Part shown: positions 46,820 through 56,473 of the stretch, piece by piece
How the letters are laid out: each line of letters starts with the position of its first letter
Position numbering within the stretch: position 1 is the stretch's first letter
Assembly (NCBI GenBank): GCA_017554325.1
Contig: JAFZIP010000005.1
Location: 128,211-192,210, forward strand
Reading direction: 5' to 3'
DNA from: Bacteroidales bacterium
GTDB lineage: Bacteria > Bacteroidota > Bacteroidia > Bacteroidales > WCHB1-69
DNA: 64,000 nt
The notes under the pieces: model-generated
Told to the model about the DNA's origin: nothing
What the model saw: only the letters and a program-made list of their open reading frames with translations
Database searches by the model: none
Made by a program: the position numbers and the translations under genes

Positions 46820-48097
46820 ATGTACCAATCTCTTCTCGAAGAAATATTCCACGCTTACCCGATGTACCACAAGATCGGGTCGGCAGCCTACAAGGAAGGC
46901 CTTGAAAACATCGAGGCCCTACTTGCTATTGTGGGCAACCCTGAAAAAAAACTGAAAGCCATCCACATCGCCGGCACCAACGGCAAGGGCTCCGTGGCAC
47001 ATTTCACCGCTTCCTATTGTCAGGAGCGCGGCCTCAAAACGGGTCTGTTCACCTCTCCGCATCTCGTTGATTTCCGCGAGCGTATCCGCATCAACGGGCA
47101 GATAATCACCGAAGAGCAGGTTCTGGACTTCTTCCAACGATTCAAACCCGAATTCGACAAACTGGAGCCATCGTTCTTCGAGATGACCACCGCGCTGGCG
47201 TTCTGGTTCTTTGCAGAACAAAAAGTGGATATTGCCGTCATTGAAGTGGGCCTCGGCGGCCGACTTGACGCCACAAATGTATTGCTACCTCTTTTGTCCG
47301 TCATTACCAACATCTCTTTGGAGCACACTCAATTGCTGGGAGACACAATTGCCAAAATAGCCTTCGAAAAGGCCGGCATCATCAAAAAAGACACGCCTGT
47401 CGTCATTGGAGAATTTCATCCAGAGAGTTATCCTGTATTTACCGACATTGCGGAGAAAAACAATGCGCCGCTCTTCTTGGCCGAAGACAACTTCACAATT
47501 GAGGGTGATTTGTCAGACTGCCTCATAATTGACGTGATGGGCAGGACTTTGTACGAGCACGTGCGGGTGCCTGTGCAAGGGGAATACCAACGCAAGAACC
47601 TGTGCACTTTCCTACAAGTGGCGGATGTGCTCGACCAGCTGATGCCGCCCGACAAGGACGTGACGGTAGCAGCGATTGAAAATGTAGTAGATAACACCCA
47701 CCTAACGGGTCGCTGGCAAGTGCTCCGGCGCGAACCATTGACCATCTGCGATGTAGGGCACAATGTTGGCGGTCTCTCATTGACCATGACGCAACTCGGC
47801 AACATGCCCTGTCGCGCGCTGCGCATCGTATTCGGGATGGTGGCCGACAAGGACATTGAACACGTATTGCCCCTATTGCCCAAGAATGCCGTTTATTACG
47901 TCAGCCAAGCCCATATCGAGCGTGCCCTTCAGGGCGATACACTGGCAGGAATTTTGTCCTCCGCAGGACTGAACACACGCACGTTCCCGACCATAGAAAC
48001 CGCTTTCCGTGCGGCACAAGGCGATGCAGCACCGGACGACATCGTGTTCGTGGGAGGCAGCTGCTTTGTGGTGGGCGAGCTGTTGGCGACCTTGTAA
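46820..48097 (+). CDS. folC: Folylpolyglutamate synthase/dihydrofolate synthase
   Basis: 425 aa with the P-loop HIAGTNGKGS and a Mur-ligase fold pattern. Confidence 0.9.
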   Translation: MYQSLLEEIFHAYPMYHKIGSAAYKEGLENIEALLAIVGNPEKKLKAIHIAGTNGKGSVAHFTASYCQERGLKTGLFTSPHLVDFRERIRINGQIITEEQVLDFFQRFKPEFDKLEPSFFEMTTALAFWFFAEQKVDIAVIEVGLGGRLDATNVLLPLLSVITNISLEHTQLLGDTIAKIAFEKAGIIKKDTPVVIGEFHPESYPVFTDIAEKNNAPLFLAEDNFTIEGDLSDCLIIDVMGRTLYEHVRVPVQGEYQRKNLCTFLQVADVLDQLMPPDKDVTVAAIENVVDNTHLTGRWQVLRREPLTICDVGHNVGGLSLTMTQLGNMPCRALRIVFGMVADKDIEHVLPLLPKNAVYYVSQAHIERALQGDTLAGILSSAGLNTRTFPTIETAFRAAQGDAAPDDIVFVGGSCFVVGELLATL

Positions 48098-48264
48098 AAC
48101 ATCAGCAAACATTCTTTCATATTACCTGTTTTTTTCGTATTAAATTTCCAAGAAAAACATTTATTTTTTCCACTTGGAAATATGAATAAATTTTATACCT
48201 TTGCACCGCTTTTCAAAGCAACTAAAAAGTTTTACAACTATCCATTTTTTTAAATTTCAATAAT

Positions 48265-49608
48265 ATGAAAGTAAATGAAATCATGGCTAACCTGGAGGCC
48301 AAACATCCTGGTGAGAATGAGTATTTGCAGGCCGTTCGCGAAGTCCTGGAAACGATTGAAGAAGAATACAACAAGCACCCCGAATTCGAGGCTGCCAAGA
48401 TCGTTGAGCGTATCGTTGAGCCCGATCGTATCTTCACATTCCGCGTGACCTGGGTTAACGACAAGGGTGAGGTTTGCACAAACCTCGGCTACCGCGTCCA
48501 ATTCAACGCCGCTCTCGGCGCATACAAGGGCGGTCTCCGTTTCCACAAGGCTGTTAACGTCTCCATGTTGAAGTTCTTAGGTTTCGAACAGATCTTCAAA
48601 AACTCTCTGACCAATCTGCCTCTCGGCGGTGGCAAGGGTGGCTCCGATTTCGATCCCGTTGGCAAGAGCGACGCTGAAATCATGCGTTTCTGCCAGGCCT
48701 TCATGTATGAACTGTGGCGCAACATCGGTCCTGATCAGGACAGCCCTGCAGGCGACGTGGGTGTTGGCGGTCGTGAGATCGGCTACCTCTACGGTGCTTA
48801 CAAGAAACTCGCTCGCGAGCACTCTACCGGTGCCCTCACTGGCAAGAGCTATGGCTGGGGTGGTTCCCTCATCCGTCCGGAAGCTACCGGCTTCGGCGCT
48901 ATCTACTATGTGGAGCGCATGGTAAAACAACAGAATGACACAATGGAAGGCAAACGCATCGCCCTCTCCGGCTTCGGCAACGTGGCTTGGGGTGCTGCTA
49001 TCAAGGCTACCGAACTCGGTGCTAAGGTTGTCGCCCTCTCCGGTCCTGACGGCGTGTGCGAACTTCCTGAAGGTATCACCAAGGAAATGATCGACTATAT
49101 GCTCGAAATGCGTGCTTCCAACCGCAACAAAGTTGAGGATATGGCCACCAAGTTCCCTGGCAAAGCCATCTTCACTCCTGGCAAGAAGGCTTGGATGGTG
49201 AAGTGCGACATCGCTTGTCCTTGCGCTTTCCAGAACGAGCTTGCTGAAGAAGATGCCAAAGAACTGATCGCCAATGGCGTGAAGTATGTGGCTGAAGTTT
49301 CCAACATGGGTTGCCAACCTGGTGCTATCGCTGCATTCCAGGCTGCCAAGATCCCGTTCGGACCTGGTAAGGCTGTCAACGCCGGTGGTGTTGCTACCTC
49401 TGGTCTCGAGATCTGCCAGAACGCCGGCCACATCAACTGGACGGCTCCTGAGGTTGACGCTAAGCTGCACAAGATCATGAACGACATCTATGACATGTGC
49501 GTTGAGCACGGTCGTCAGGCTGACGGTACCATCAACTATGTGAAGGGTGCCAACATTGCCGGTTTCATGCGCGTGGCAAATGCTATGTTAGCTCAAGGTA
49601 TCATCTAA
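48265..49608 (+). CDS. gdhA: NAD(P)-specific glutamate dehydrogenase
   Basis: 447 aa with the catalytic-Lys region LPLGGGKGGSDFDP and the dinucleotide motif GFGNVAWG. Confidence 0.95.
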   Translation: MKVNEIMANLEAKHPGENEYLQAVREVLETIEEEYNKHPEFEAAKIVERIVEPDRIFTFRVTWVNDKGEVCTNLGYRVQFNAALGAYKGGLRFHKAVNVSMLKFLGFEQIFKNSLTNLPLGGGKGGSDFDPVGKSDAEIMRFCQAFMYELWRNIGPDQDSPAGDVGVGGREIGYLYGAYKKLAREHSTGALTGKSYGWGGSLIRPEATGFGAIYYVERMVKQQNDTMEGKRIALSGFGNVAWGAAIKATELGAKVVALSGPDGVCELPEGITKEMIDYMLEMRASNRNKVEDMATKFPGKAIFTPGKKAWMVKCDIACPCAFQNELAEEDAKELIANGVKYVAEVSNMGCQPGAIAAFQAAKIPFGPGKAVNAGGVATSGLEICQNAGHINWTAPEVDAKLHKIMNDIYDMCVEHGRQADGTINYVKGANIAGFMRVANAMLAQGII

Positions 49609-49634
49609 TCTTTGAGAGTTTTTCAATGAGAAAA

Positions 49635-49662
49635 GGTCGCTCATAAAAGCGACCTTTTTTTT
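49635..49662 (+). terminator. Intrinsic terminator after gdhA
   Basis: GGTCGCT (49635-49641) pairs with AGCGACC (49648-49654), followed by a T8 run. Confidence 0.8.
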
Positions 49663-49690
49663 ATCTTTGCAGTCGTAAACAAAACGCATA

Positions 49691-49981
49691 ATGAAAAACA
49701 GCAACGAACACTCTATCCGGGAACTGGCCCTGCAATTCGTGAACAAGTCGGGCAAGCAGCAACTTTACGCTGAGCGCACGGTTCTGGACAAATGGCCGGA
49801 ATACATCGGCGAGCTTTGCGCCGGGCAAACCGAGTGCGTCTCCATCCACAGTGGCGTGCTGAAGGTGAAAGTGCGCAATGCAGCTCTGCGATTCGAACTG
49901 ATCGGAAGAAAAAGCATGATTATCGATAAAATCAATGCCGACTATGCCGTACCAGTGGTGAAGGACATCCTGTTTTACTAG
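49691..49981 (+). CDS. DUF721 (DciA-like) small protein
   Basis: 96 aa with the pattern VSIHSGVLKVKVRNAALRFELIGRKSMIIDKIN, typical of DUF721. Confidence 0.55.
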   Translation: MKNSNEHSIRELALQFVNKSGKQQLYAERTVLDKWPEYIGELCAGQTECVSIHSGVLKVKVRNAALRFELIGRKSMIIDKINADYAVPVVKDILFY

Positions 49982-50715
49982 CGGTTCCAAATCCGCCACG
50001 CCGCTTCCGCCTGCAAGTGTAGCATCCTCAATCCGTTTTGCACGCGCGCACCGCGCCGCATCCCCTCCCGCAGGAATGGAGTAACATCAGGGTTATACAC
50101 CAAATCGTACAGAAAATGCTGTGAGGTCAACGCCTCGTATGGAAGTTCCAATCGTTGGTCCACATTGCCCAAGGTTCCCACAGGCGTACAGTTGATGATA
50201 AACGGGTGCTCTTCAATGTCTTTGGCAGAGACCTGCGACAACAAAAGCTGCCCTGCCCCACCCTGTCGCGAGACTTGCACATACGGCACTCGCATTCCGC
50301 GCAAAGCGTGCATCACGGCAGCCGCCGCGCCCCCAGAGCCAATCACCATGGCAGGGCCTGGCACTTGCACACCGGCAAGCGACTTCGAGAAACCTTCCGA
50401 ATCGGTGTTATAGCCTTTTAAGACGACCTGTTTGCCAGTGCGGTCAACACGTACCACATTCAAAGCCCCGATTTCTGCAGCCTCCGGTGAGAATTCGTCC
50501 AAATAATCCATGATGGATTGCTTATAAGGGATAGTGACATTAAAGCCGCATAAAGTCGGCTCAGAGGCAATGAAATCAGGCAATTGCGCTATGGTAGGCA
50601 GCTCGAACAAACGATAGCAGCATTCTGTGATGCCTTCACGCGCAAACTTTTCTTCAAAAAAAGATTTTGAATAACTGTGCGTCAGCGATTTCCCAATTAA
50701 TCCGTATGTTTTCAT
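49978..50715 (-). CDS. aroE: Shikimate dehydrogenase
   Basis: 245 aa with the N-terminal GKSLTHSYSKSFF motif and a GSGGAA Rossmann motif. Confidence 0.85.
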   Translation of the reverse strand: MKTYGLIGKSLTHSYSKSFFEEKFAREGITECCYRLFELPTIAQLPDFIASEPTLCGFNVTIPYKQSIMDYLDEFSPEAAEIGALNVVRVDRTGKQVVLKGYNTDSEGFSKSLAGVQVPGPAMVIGSGGAAAAVMHALRGMRVPYVQVSRQGGAGQLLLSQVSAKDIEEHPFIINCTPVGTLGNVDQRLELPYEALTSQHFLYDLVYNPDVTPFLREGMRRGARVQNGLRMLHLQAEAAWRIWNR

Positions 50716-51497
50716 TGGGCATTATCCTGTCCATCTGTCGGGACCACTTTCTCTGCACGGGAGGCTTTCACACCCTTGTAAATAAGATATAGGACAAACA
50801 AAATGCACAGTCCCCACAGCGCAATCTTCAGTTCACTGTTGTATTTTTCAATCAGATCCTGCTGGCCATGGGCAAAATAACCCAAAAACGCCAAGATGGT
50901 ATTCCAGAGCGTAGCACCGATAGCAGTGAAGAGAGCAAACACCCCAATGTTCATCTTCGCCAAGCCTGCGGGTATGGAAATCAGCTGACGGACAGCCGGA
51001 ATCAAACGGCCGATGAGCGTAGAACTCTTGCCGTTTTCGATGAAAAAGTCCTCTGCCTTTTTGACTTTTGCGCTGTTCAGCAGGAGCAAGTGTCCCACTT
51101 TGCTATCGGCAAACCAATAGACGATGGGACGTCCCAGTATCATAGCAAGGAAATAGTTGACCAGAGCACCAATCATAGCGCCCAATGAGGCAAACAGAAT
51201 GACAAGCAGCACGTTTACGATTTTGGAGTCTGTTTTGTACAATGATGGATTATCGCTGTTGCATGCTTGGTAAGCGGCGGGCGGTACAATCACCTCCGAA
51301 GGAAACGGGATGAAGGAGCTCTCAACTGCCATCAGCATAGTAACAGTTCCATAATTCAGATGGTTATTATACCAGGAGATCACTCTGTCGGTGACGGATG
51401 CCTTGGCGGCAGTCGTGTCAGTTGCAGCCTGAAGCGAGCCGCCGAAGGATAAGGCGAGCATCATCAACAGGACAATCACACAGGAAAACTTCTTCAT
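50712..51497 (-). CDS. DedA-family membrane protein
   Basis: Start placed at MKKFSCVIVLL (ATG 51497). It has the DedA motif ESSFIPFPSEV. The stop overlaps the aroE ATG (ATGA). Confidence 0.75.
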   Translation of the reverse strand: MKKFSCVIVLLMMLALSFGGSLQAATDTTAAKASVTDRVISWYNNHLNYGTVTMLMAVESSFIPFPSEVIVPPAAYQACNSDNPSLYKTDSKIVNVLLVILFASLGAMIGALVNYFLAMILGRPIVYWFADSKVGHLLLLNSAKVKKAEDFFIENGKSSTLIGRLIPAVRQLISIPAGLAKMNIGVFALFTAIGATLWNTILAFLGYFAHGQQDLIEKYNSELKIALWGLCILFVLYLIYKGVKASRAEKVVPTDGQDNAQ

Positions 51498-51507
51498 TTC
51501 AAGAATA

Positions 51508-52938
51508 TTATTCGTTAGAATTTTGTGCGGGGAAGCTATCACGAATCAGCCTTTCCACTTCGGGTAAAGTTCTGAGTTTTGGATCGATATCAATAAAACA
51601 AACGCCAATCTTTTCCGCATCCTGCAGTATAGCATCCGCCAGATATTGGCAACCAGTATCCAAATCATCCTTCTTGATGTACATCAGAGAAAGATAATAC
51701 AGCACACAGCCTTTCAGCGAAGGATCTTCAAAATAATTCTGGCACAGTTCTATGCCCAAGTCTGGGCAATCGTTAAAATAACAGAATGGAATGATGAAAT
51801 AAAAAAAGTGTACAATTTCATAATCCATCACAGTGATGGCAGTGTAACACAGTTCTTTCATCTCTTCAATGTCACGGACGGGGTCCAGCAAACCAATCAG
51901 TTCCTCCATGGCAACGAAATCATCCGGCACCCTGCGGAGATGTTCGCGCACATACGCGCGCGCCTCATCCAACCGTCCCTGCACTTTGAACACGTTCACG
52001 ATATCCGGAAGCACGTAAGTGGCATAGATAGTATCCTCATTCTTTGCCTGCAGGAAATAGCGCATAGCCTTGTCGTATTCCTTCAGTTGGAAATAACATC
52101 TGCCAATCTGGATGTTGAATTGCAGCATTTCGTAATGCTCATTGGCAAGATTGAAGTATTCGATGGCGCGTTCATACTCACGCATTCCGAAATAGGACTC
52201 CGCAATATTGACGTATGCAAGCATCTCGTCAGGGTCAACGGAGAGTTGCAATTGGAACGCGTCAATGGCGCTGGCATAGTCGCCGGTGCCGATATAGGCG
52301 AGTCCCAAACCGCTCCACAGACTTCCAAACAGCGGCAGTTCCTCGGTCAGTTCCTTGAAGAATGCCACCAAAAGCTGATCCTTGGGATCCTGCATCTCAG
52401 CAAAATCCACAAAGATATTCTTGATGTCATCGGCGGCATATTGGTCCAGCTGGATGGCGCGGATAGCATGATCGACCGCTTTCTTGCGATTGTCACGCAA
52501 CAGGTATTCGTGCATCAACAGCAAATGGGTCTCCGGAATATCTTCGTTCAGAGCCAGCGATTTTTTCAACAGTTCAATGGCATTGACATCACGATTGCAC
52601 AAGTGGGCCAGGATCACTTTTTCAATATAGAGTTCCGGAATCGGCGCAAAATGTCCTTCCACATAATCCAACTCACGCTCGGCATCTACAAATTTTTGTT
52701 GCAAGGAGAAATACTTGGAACGCAACAAGCGTATGTACGGGTCTTTGGGATAAGTCTGCATGGCGTAAGTTATCGCCTTCTCGCAATAGTTCAGGTTGCC
52801 TGTCTCAAGGAAATAGCCAATGACATCCTGAATATCGGTATTCTCAAAATAGAATGCCTGGCCATGGTCCACCGCACTCTTAAACCGCTGTGCGAGTTCC
52901 TCCATCTCCAAACTATCCATATCATCAAACTGGTCCAT
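51508..52938 (-). CDS. TPR-repeat protein
   Basis: 476 aa with repeated TPR-like A..Y/F...A heptad patterns throughout. Confidence 0.65.
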   Translation of the reverse strand: MDQFDDMDSLEMEELAQRFKSAVDHGQAFYFENTDIQDVIGYFLETGNLNYCEKAITYAMQTYPKDPYIRLLRSKYFSLQQKFVDAERELDYVEGHFAPIPELYIEKVILAHLCNRDVNAIELLKKSLALNEDIPETHLLLMHEYLLRDNRKKAVDHAIRAIQLDQYAADDIKNIFVDFAEMQDPKDQLLVAFFKELTEELPLFGSLWSGLGLAYIGTGDYASAIDAFQLQLSVDPDEMLAYVNIAESYFGMREYERAIEYFNLANEHYEMLQFNIQIGRCYFQLKEYDKAMRYFLQAKNEDTIYATYVLPDIVNVFKVQGRLDEARAYVREHLRRVPDDFVAMEELIGLLDPVRDIEEMKELCYTAITVMDYEIVHFFYFIIPFCYFNDCPDLGIELCQNYFEDPSLKGCVLYYLSLMYIKKDDLDTGCQYLADAILQDAEKIGVCFIDIDPKLRTLPEVERLIRDSFPAQNSNE

Positions 52939-53028
52939 CTTCTATTTTTTTAGGGGTGCAAAGATATAAAAAATAAGCCTCTTGTGAGGCTTATTATAAT
53001 AATATAGTATGATAAATGTCCGACAGTA

Positions 53029-54129
53029 TTATCTTACTTGGACATTGTCAATCACGATTCTGCGGTCCTTGGCAGCATTGAGGCAATACACACCTTGTGT
53101 GGCGTTCGCATCGGAGGAATCTTTAACCTCGCCGGACGGGTTCTTATAGATTGTCAATCCGCTCTTTTCGCCATTGATATAAGGGGCAAGGAAGCCACCT
53201 TCAGCCTGCTTCATGTAGTTGAGCACGCTTTCGATACGACGGGCAGAGAGATGTTGATTGTAATCACTATTTGCCAATGGGCTGGCGAAACCGCTGATAT
53301 TGAAAGAGACGTGTTTACCTTGTTTGATGGCCTCAATGACAAGCTTCGTCATCTTGCTCAAGCGATCTTTGCCGCCGTAAACCTCGTCATCAAAGAAACT
53401 GGCCACAGCAGCTTTGGCATCAGCGTTTGTGGATTTCTGCACATACTCATTTTTCTTGTTCTTGTATGACTCATAGAGATCCATATATTGTTTGTCGGTA
53501 GTTTCTTTCACCGTGCGAGGATCCGGCTGATCATTGTCAAAGTAGAGCGTAATAGGAGTGATTTTGCCAAGTTCATTATAGAGGGATTCGTTTTCAGCCT
53601 CTTCAGTTTGTTTGCCGTCACGTTTATCCTCGTCCTCAATATTGAAGTTGATCGTGAATTGGGAAATAAGGTCCTGGGCCTCGCAGCTTTGAGTGGAGGG
53701 ACACATCTTCGGGAAGGATGTCACAAGGCGGAGGGCTTCGTCGTCAAACTCCTTGTAGCCAGAACTCTTCACCACCTTGATGTCAGTCAACGTGCTGTCG
53801 GCTTTCACTTTAGCTTGTACAGTAGTTGTACCGGAAATGCGCTGGCTTTTAAGATTGGCAGGATAAACCAGATTCTTGCTGATATAACGGCACATGGCCT
53901 TGTTTCCGCCCTTGAAGTGAGGCAAAGTCATGGCAGAAGTCGGGGTGACATGTTGGCCGTTGGAATCGGCAATCACCAATGCAAAGCCGGTTTTACAGGC
54001 GCCACTACCTTTGCCCGGAGAGTAAAGATAGCTGGAATTGCCACCATTACATTGAGCATATCCCATTGTTGCACAAAGAGATAAGACTAATGCACCAAGA
54101 AGACAGAATATTGTACTCGTTCTTTTCAT
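53029..54129 (-). CDS. OmpA-family protein with a TonB-C-like domain
   Basis: 366 aa with a signal peptide, a TonB-C-like segment (PHFKGG...YPANLKSQRISGTTTVQAKV) and an OmpA-like C-terminus (ISGFASPLANSDYNQHLSARRIESV). Confidence 0.65.
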   Translation of the reverse strand: MKRTSTIFCLLGALVLSLCATMGYAQCNGGNSSYLYSPGKGSGACKTGFALVIADSNGQHVTPTSAMTLPHFKGGNKAMCRYISKNLVYPANLKSQRISGTTTVQAKVKADSTLTDIKVVKSSGYKEFDDEALRLVTSFPKMCPSTQSCEAQDLISQFTINFNIEDEDKRDGKQTEEAENESLYNELGKITPITLYFDNDQPDPRTVKETTDKQYMDLYESYKNKKNEYVQKSTNADAKAAVASFFDDEVYGGKDRLSKMTKLVIEAIKQGKHVSFNISGFASPLANSDYNQHLSARRIESVLNYMKQAEGGFLAPYINGEKSGLTIYKNPSGEVKDSSDANATQGVYCLNAAKDRRIVIDNVQVR

Positions 54130-54279
54130 AATATATTTGTGTTAAATTTATTTCAGGCTGCAAATATACATTTTTTTTATTTAGTTGTAATAAGGTATTT
54201 TTTTTATGTTTTCAAATGAAAATTGTTTGTATTTTTGCAACCTAAAAAATAAAAGCAAATTACAAAAGCAAGGAAAAAA

Positions 54280-54627
54280 ATGACTGTTCGAGAAATTGCC
54301 GCACTGGTACAGGGAGACATTCTGGGAGGTGAAGAATACCAAGACCGTCAGGTTGAGCGCATCTTTGCCTCCGATTTGATGAGCGACGTGCTCACACTTA
54401 AAGATTACGATAATTTAATGCTGGTAACAGGGTTGTGCAACCTCCAATCCATACGCACCTGCGAGATGTCGGATATCCAGATGATTCTGGTGGTGCGCGG
54501 CAAGGAGGTCACCCCGGAGATGTTGGAACTGGCAGAGGACAACGAGATGATTGTGGTGCGCACGGCATTCTCCATGTACAAGACGGCCGGAATTCTCTAC
54601 GGAGCCGGCATCCCCCCCGTTTACTAA
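54280..54627 (+). CDS. DRTGG-domain protein
   Basis: 115 aa with SDLMSDVLT...LMLVTGLCN..SIRT, typical of DRTGG. Confidence 0.65.
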   Translation: MTVREIAALVQGDILGGEEYQDRQVERIFASDLMSDVLTLKDYDNLMLVTGLCNLQSIRTCEMSDIQMILVVRGKEVTPEMLELAEDNEMIVVRTAFSMYKTAGILYGAGIPPVY

Positions 54628-54642
54628 CCAAACTAACCGCTT

Positions 54643-55059
54643 ATGGATTTTAATTATCATGTAGAAGGAGGTGATTTCACCAATGCCGGATCCACCTCCA
54701 GCGAGGTCAAGAGAATGCTGAAAAAGCTGGGTGTGACCCCCGAAATCGTGAAACGCACGGTAGTGGCCCTTTATGAAGCAGAGGTGAACATTGTGGCACA
54801 CGCCTACCGTGGCGACATCAACGTCAACCTGGAGGACGACCACGTCCGCATCGTGTTGGCCGACGAAGGTCCCGGCATCCCCAACATCGACTGGGCCATG
54901 CAGAAGGGCAACTCCACGGCATCCCCAAAAGTACGCGAGATGGGCTTCGGCGCCGGCATGGGCCTACCCAACATCCAAAACAACTCCGACGAACTCAACA
55001 TCCAATCCGAAGTGGGCAAAGGCACCACCATCGAGTTCGTCAATTATTTCAACCACTAA
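54643..55059 (+). CDS. HATPase_c anti-sigma-factor-like Ser/Thr kinase
   Basis: 138 aa with the N-box EAEVNIVAHAY, G1 DEGPGI and G2 GFGAGMGL. Confidence 0.75.
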   Translation: MDFNYHVEGGDFTNAGSTSSEVKRMLKKLGVTPEIVKRTVVALYEAEVNIVAHAYRGDINVNLEDDHVRIVLADEGPGIPNIDWAMQKGNSTASPKVREMGFGAGMGLPNIQNNSDELNIQSEVGKGTTIEFVNYFNH

Positions 55060-55072
55060 ACTCTTTTTTACA

Positions 55073-56458
55073 ATGGCTGACGTACAAGATTTCCATCACG
55101 CCCTCAAATTCAAATATGATCTTTGCATCGGATGCGCCCACTGCACCGGCGTGTGTCCTACCGGAGCCATCCACGTGGAGAACGGGCATCCCCAACTCGA
55201 TCCCAACCGCTGCGTGGACTGCGGCAGGTGCTACCAATCCTGCCCGGTGAACGCCATCTATATCGAGCAAGACGACTTCCAGACAGTCTATGACTGCAAA
55301 TACCCAGTTTTGCTGCTCCCGTCTATCTTCATTGCCCAATTTGAGGAAAAAATCAAAGAGAAAACCATTCTGTCAGCCTTGTATCACATTGGTTTCAAAC
55401 ATGTATTTGAAGTGGAGAAAAGCGTGGATTTCATCAAGGAAGAAATGCTGAAAACTGTGCATGAGAACAACGGCTATAAGCCCATCATCTCCACATTCTG
55501 CCCGGCCATCGTGCGCCTCATCCAAGTGAAATTCCCCGTGTTGGTACCTAATCTCTACCTCTCCAAGCCGCCATTGGACCTCACCGCGCTATATATTCGT
55601 AAATTGCTGACCGAAGAAGACCACATTCCCGCCGAGGACATTGGCATCTTCTACGTCACGCCTTGCGCTGCGAAAATTGCGGCTATCAAGAGCCCGGCCA
55701 CAGATGAAGAGTCTCCCGTATCCGAAGTTATCAACATGAACTTCCTGTACAGCAAGGTGATGCGCGTTATCAAGCAGGGCGAATACCAGCTTTGCGAAGA
55801 TTCCCGTACACGCTACCACCGGCTCTCCAAGTCCAGCCTCAACTTCACGCTCACGGGCGGTGAAATCGGACTGCTGAAAGAGGGTCGAAACTTAGCCATC
55901 GACGGCATCCACAACGTGGCGGAGTTTTTGGAAAAGCTGGAAGACGAAGATATCCAGGACATCGACTTCCTGGAGCTTCGCGCCTGCGACGAGAGTTGCG
56001 CCGGAGGTATTCTCTGCGCCAACAACCGTTTTCTCATGGCCGAGCGCCAACGCAAGCGCATGCAGAAGTCGCCCGAAGAGGTAGATGCGGAAGACAACGA
56101 CCTGCTGAACTACACCGACTACCTCGCCCAGCACAAGCGCGTGCTCGGCAAGGTGGAACCGCGCTCCATGGACAAGATGGACGACAATCTCACCGTAGCC
56201 ATGCAAAAGATGCGCAAAGCATTTGAAATCAACCAGAACCTGCCGCAAGTCGATTGCCGTATTTGCGGATACCAGTCGTGCAAAGCCCTCTCGGAGGCTG
56301 TGGTCAACGGGAAAGCCGACGTGGAACAGTGCATCTTCGTGCAACGCGCCCTCGAACACTCCGAGAAGCTGACCCTTCTGGACACGCAGCGCATCAACAC
56401 CAAAATCTGGGGCCTCAAAAAGAACGATCCCTCCATCGCTAAGAACTTGAACCTGTAA
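55073..56458 (+). CDS. [FeFe]-hydrogenase-like Fe-S protein (putative sensory type)
   Basis: Start placed at MADVQDF (the track ORF 54791 overlaps the previous gene). It has two ferredoxin CxxCxxCxxxCP motifs and H-domain-like motifs TFCPA, TPCAAK and ACDESCAGG. A C-terminal Cys cluster (CRICGYQSC...C) is also present. Confidence 0.65.
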   Translation: MADVQDFHHALKFKYDLCIGCAHCTGVCPTGAIHVENGHPQLDPNRCVDCGRCYQSCPVNAIYIEQDDFQTVYDCKYPVLLLPSIFIAQFEEKIKEKTILSALYHIGFKHVFEVEKSVDFIKEEMLKTVHENNGYKPIISTFCPAIVRLIQVKFPVLVPNLYLSKPPLDLTALYIRKLLTEEDHIPAEDIGIFYVTPCAAKIAAIKSPATDEESPVSEVINMNFLYSKVMRVIKQGEYQLCEDSRTRYHRLSKSSLNFTLTGGEIGLLKEGRNLAIDGIHNVAEFLEKLEDEDIQDIDFLELRACDESCAGGILCANNRFLMAERQRKRMQKSPEEVDAEDNDLLNYTDYLAQHKRVLGKVEPRSMDKMDDNLTVAMQKMRKAFEINQNLPQVDCRICGYQSCKALSEAVVNGKADVEQCIFVQRALEHSEKLTLLDTQRINTKIWGLKKNDPSIAKNLNL

Positions 56459-56473
56459 AGCCTCCGTATCGTA

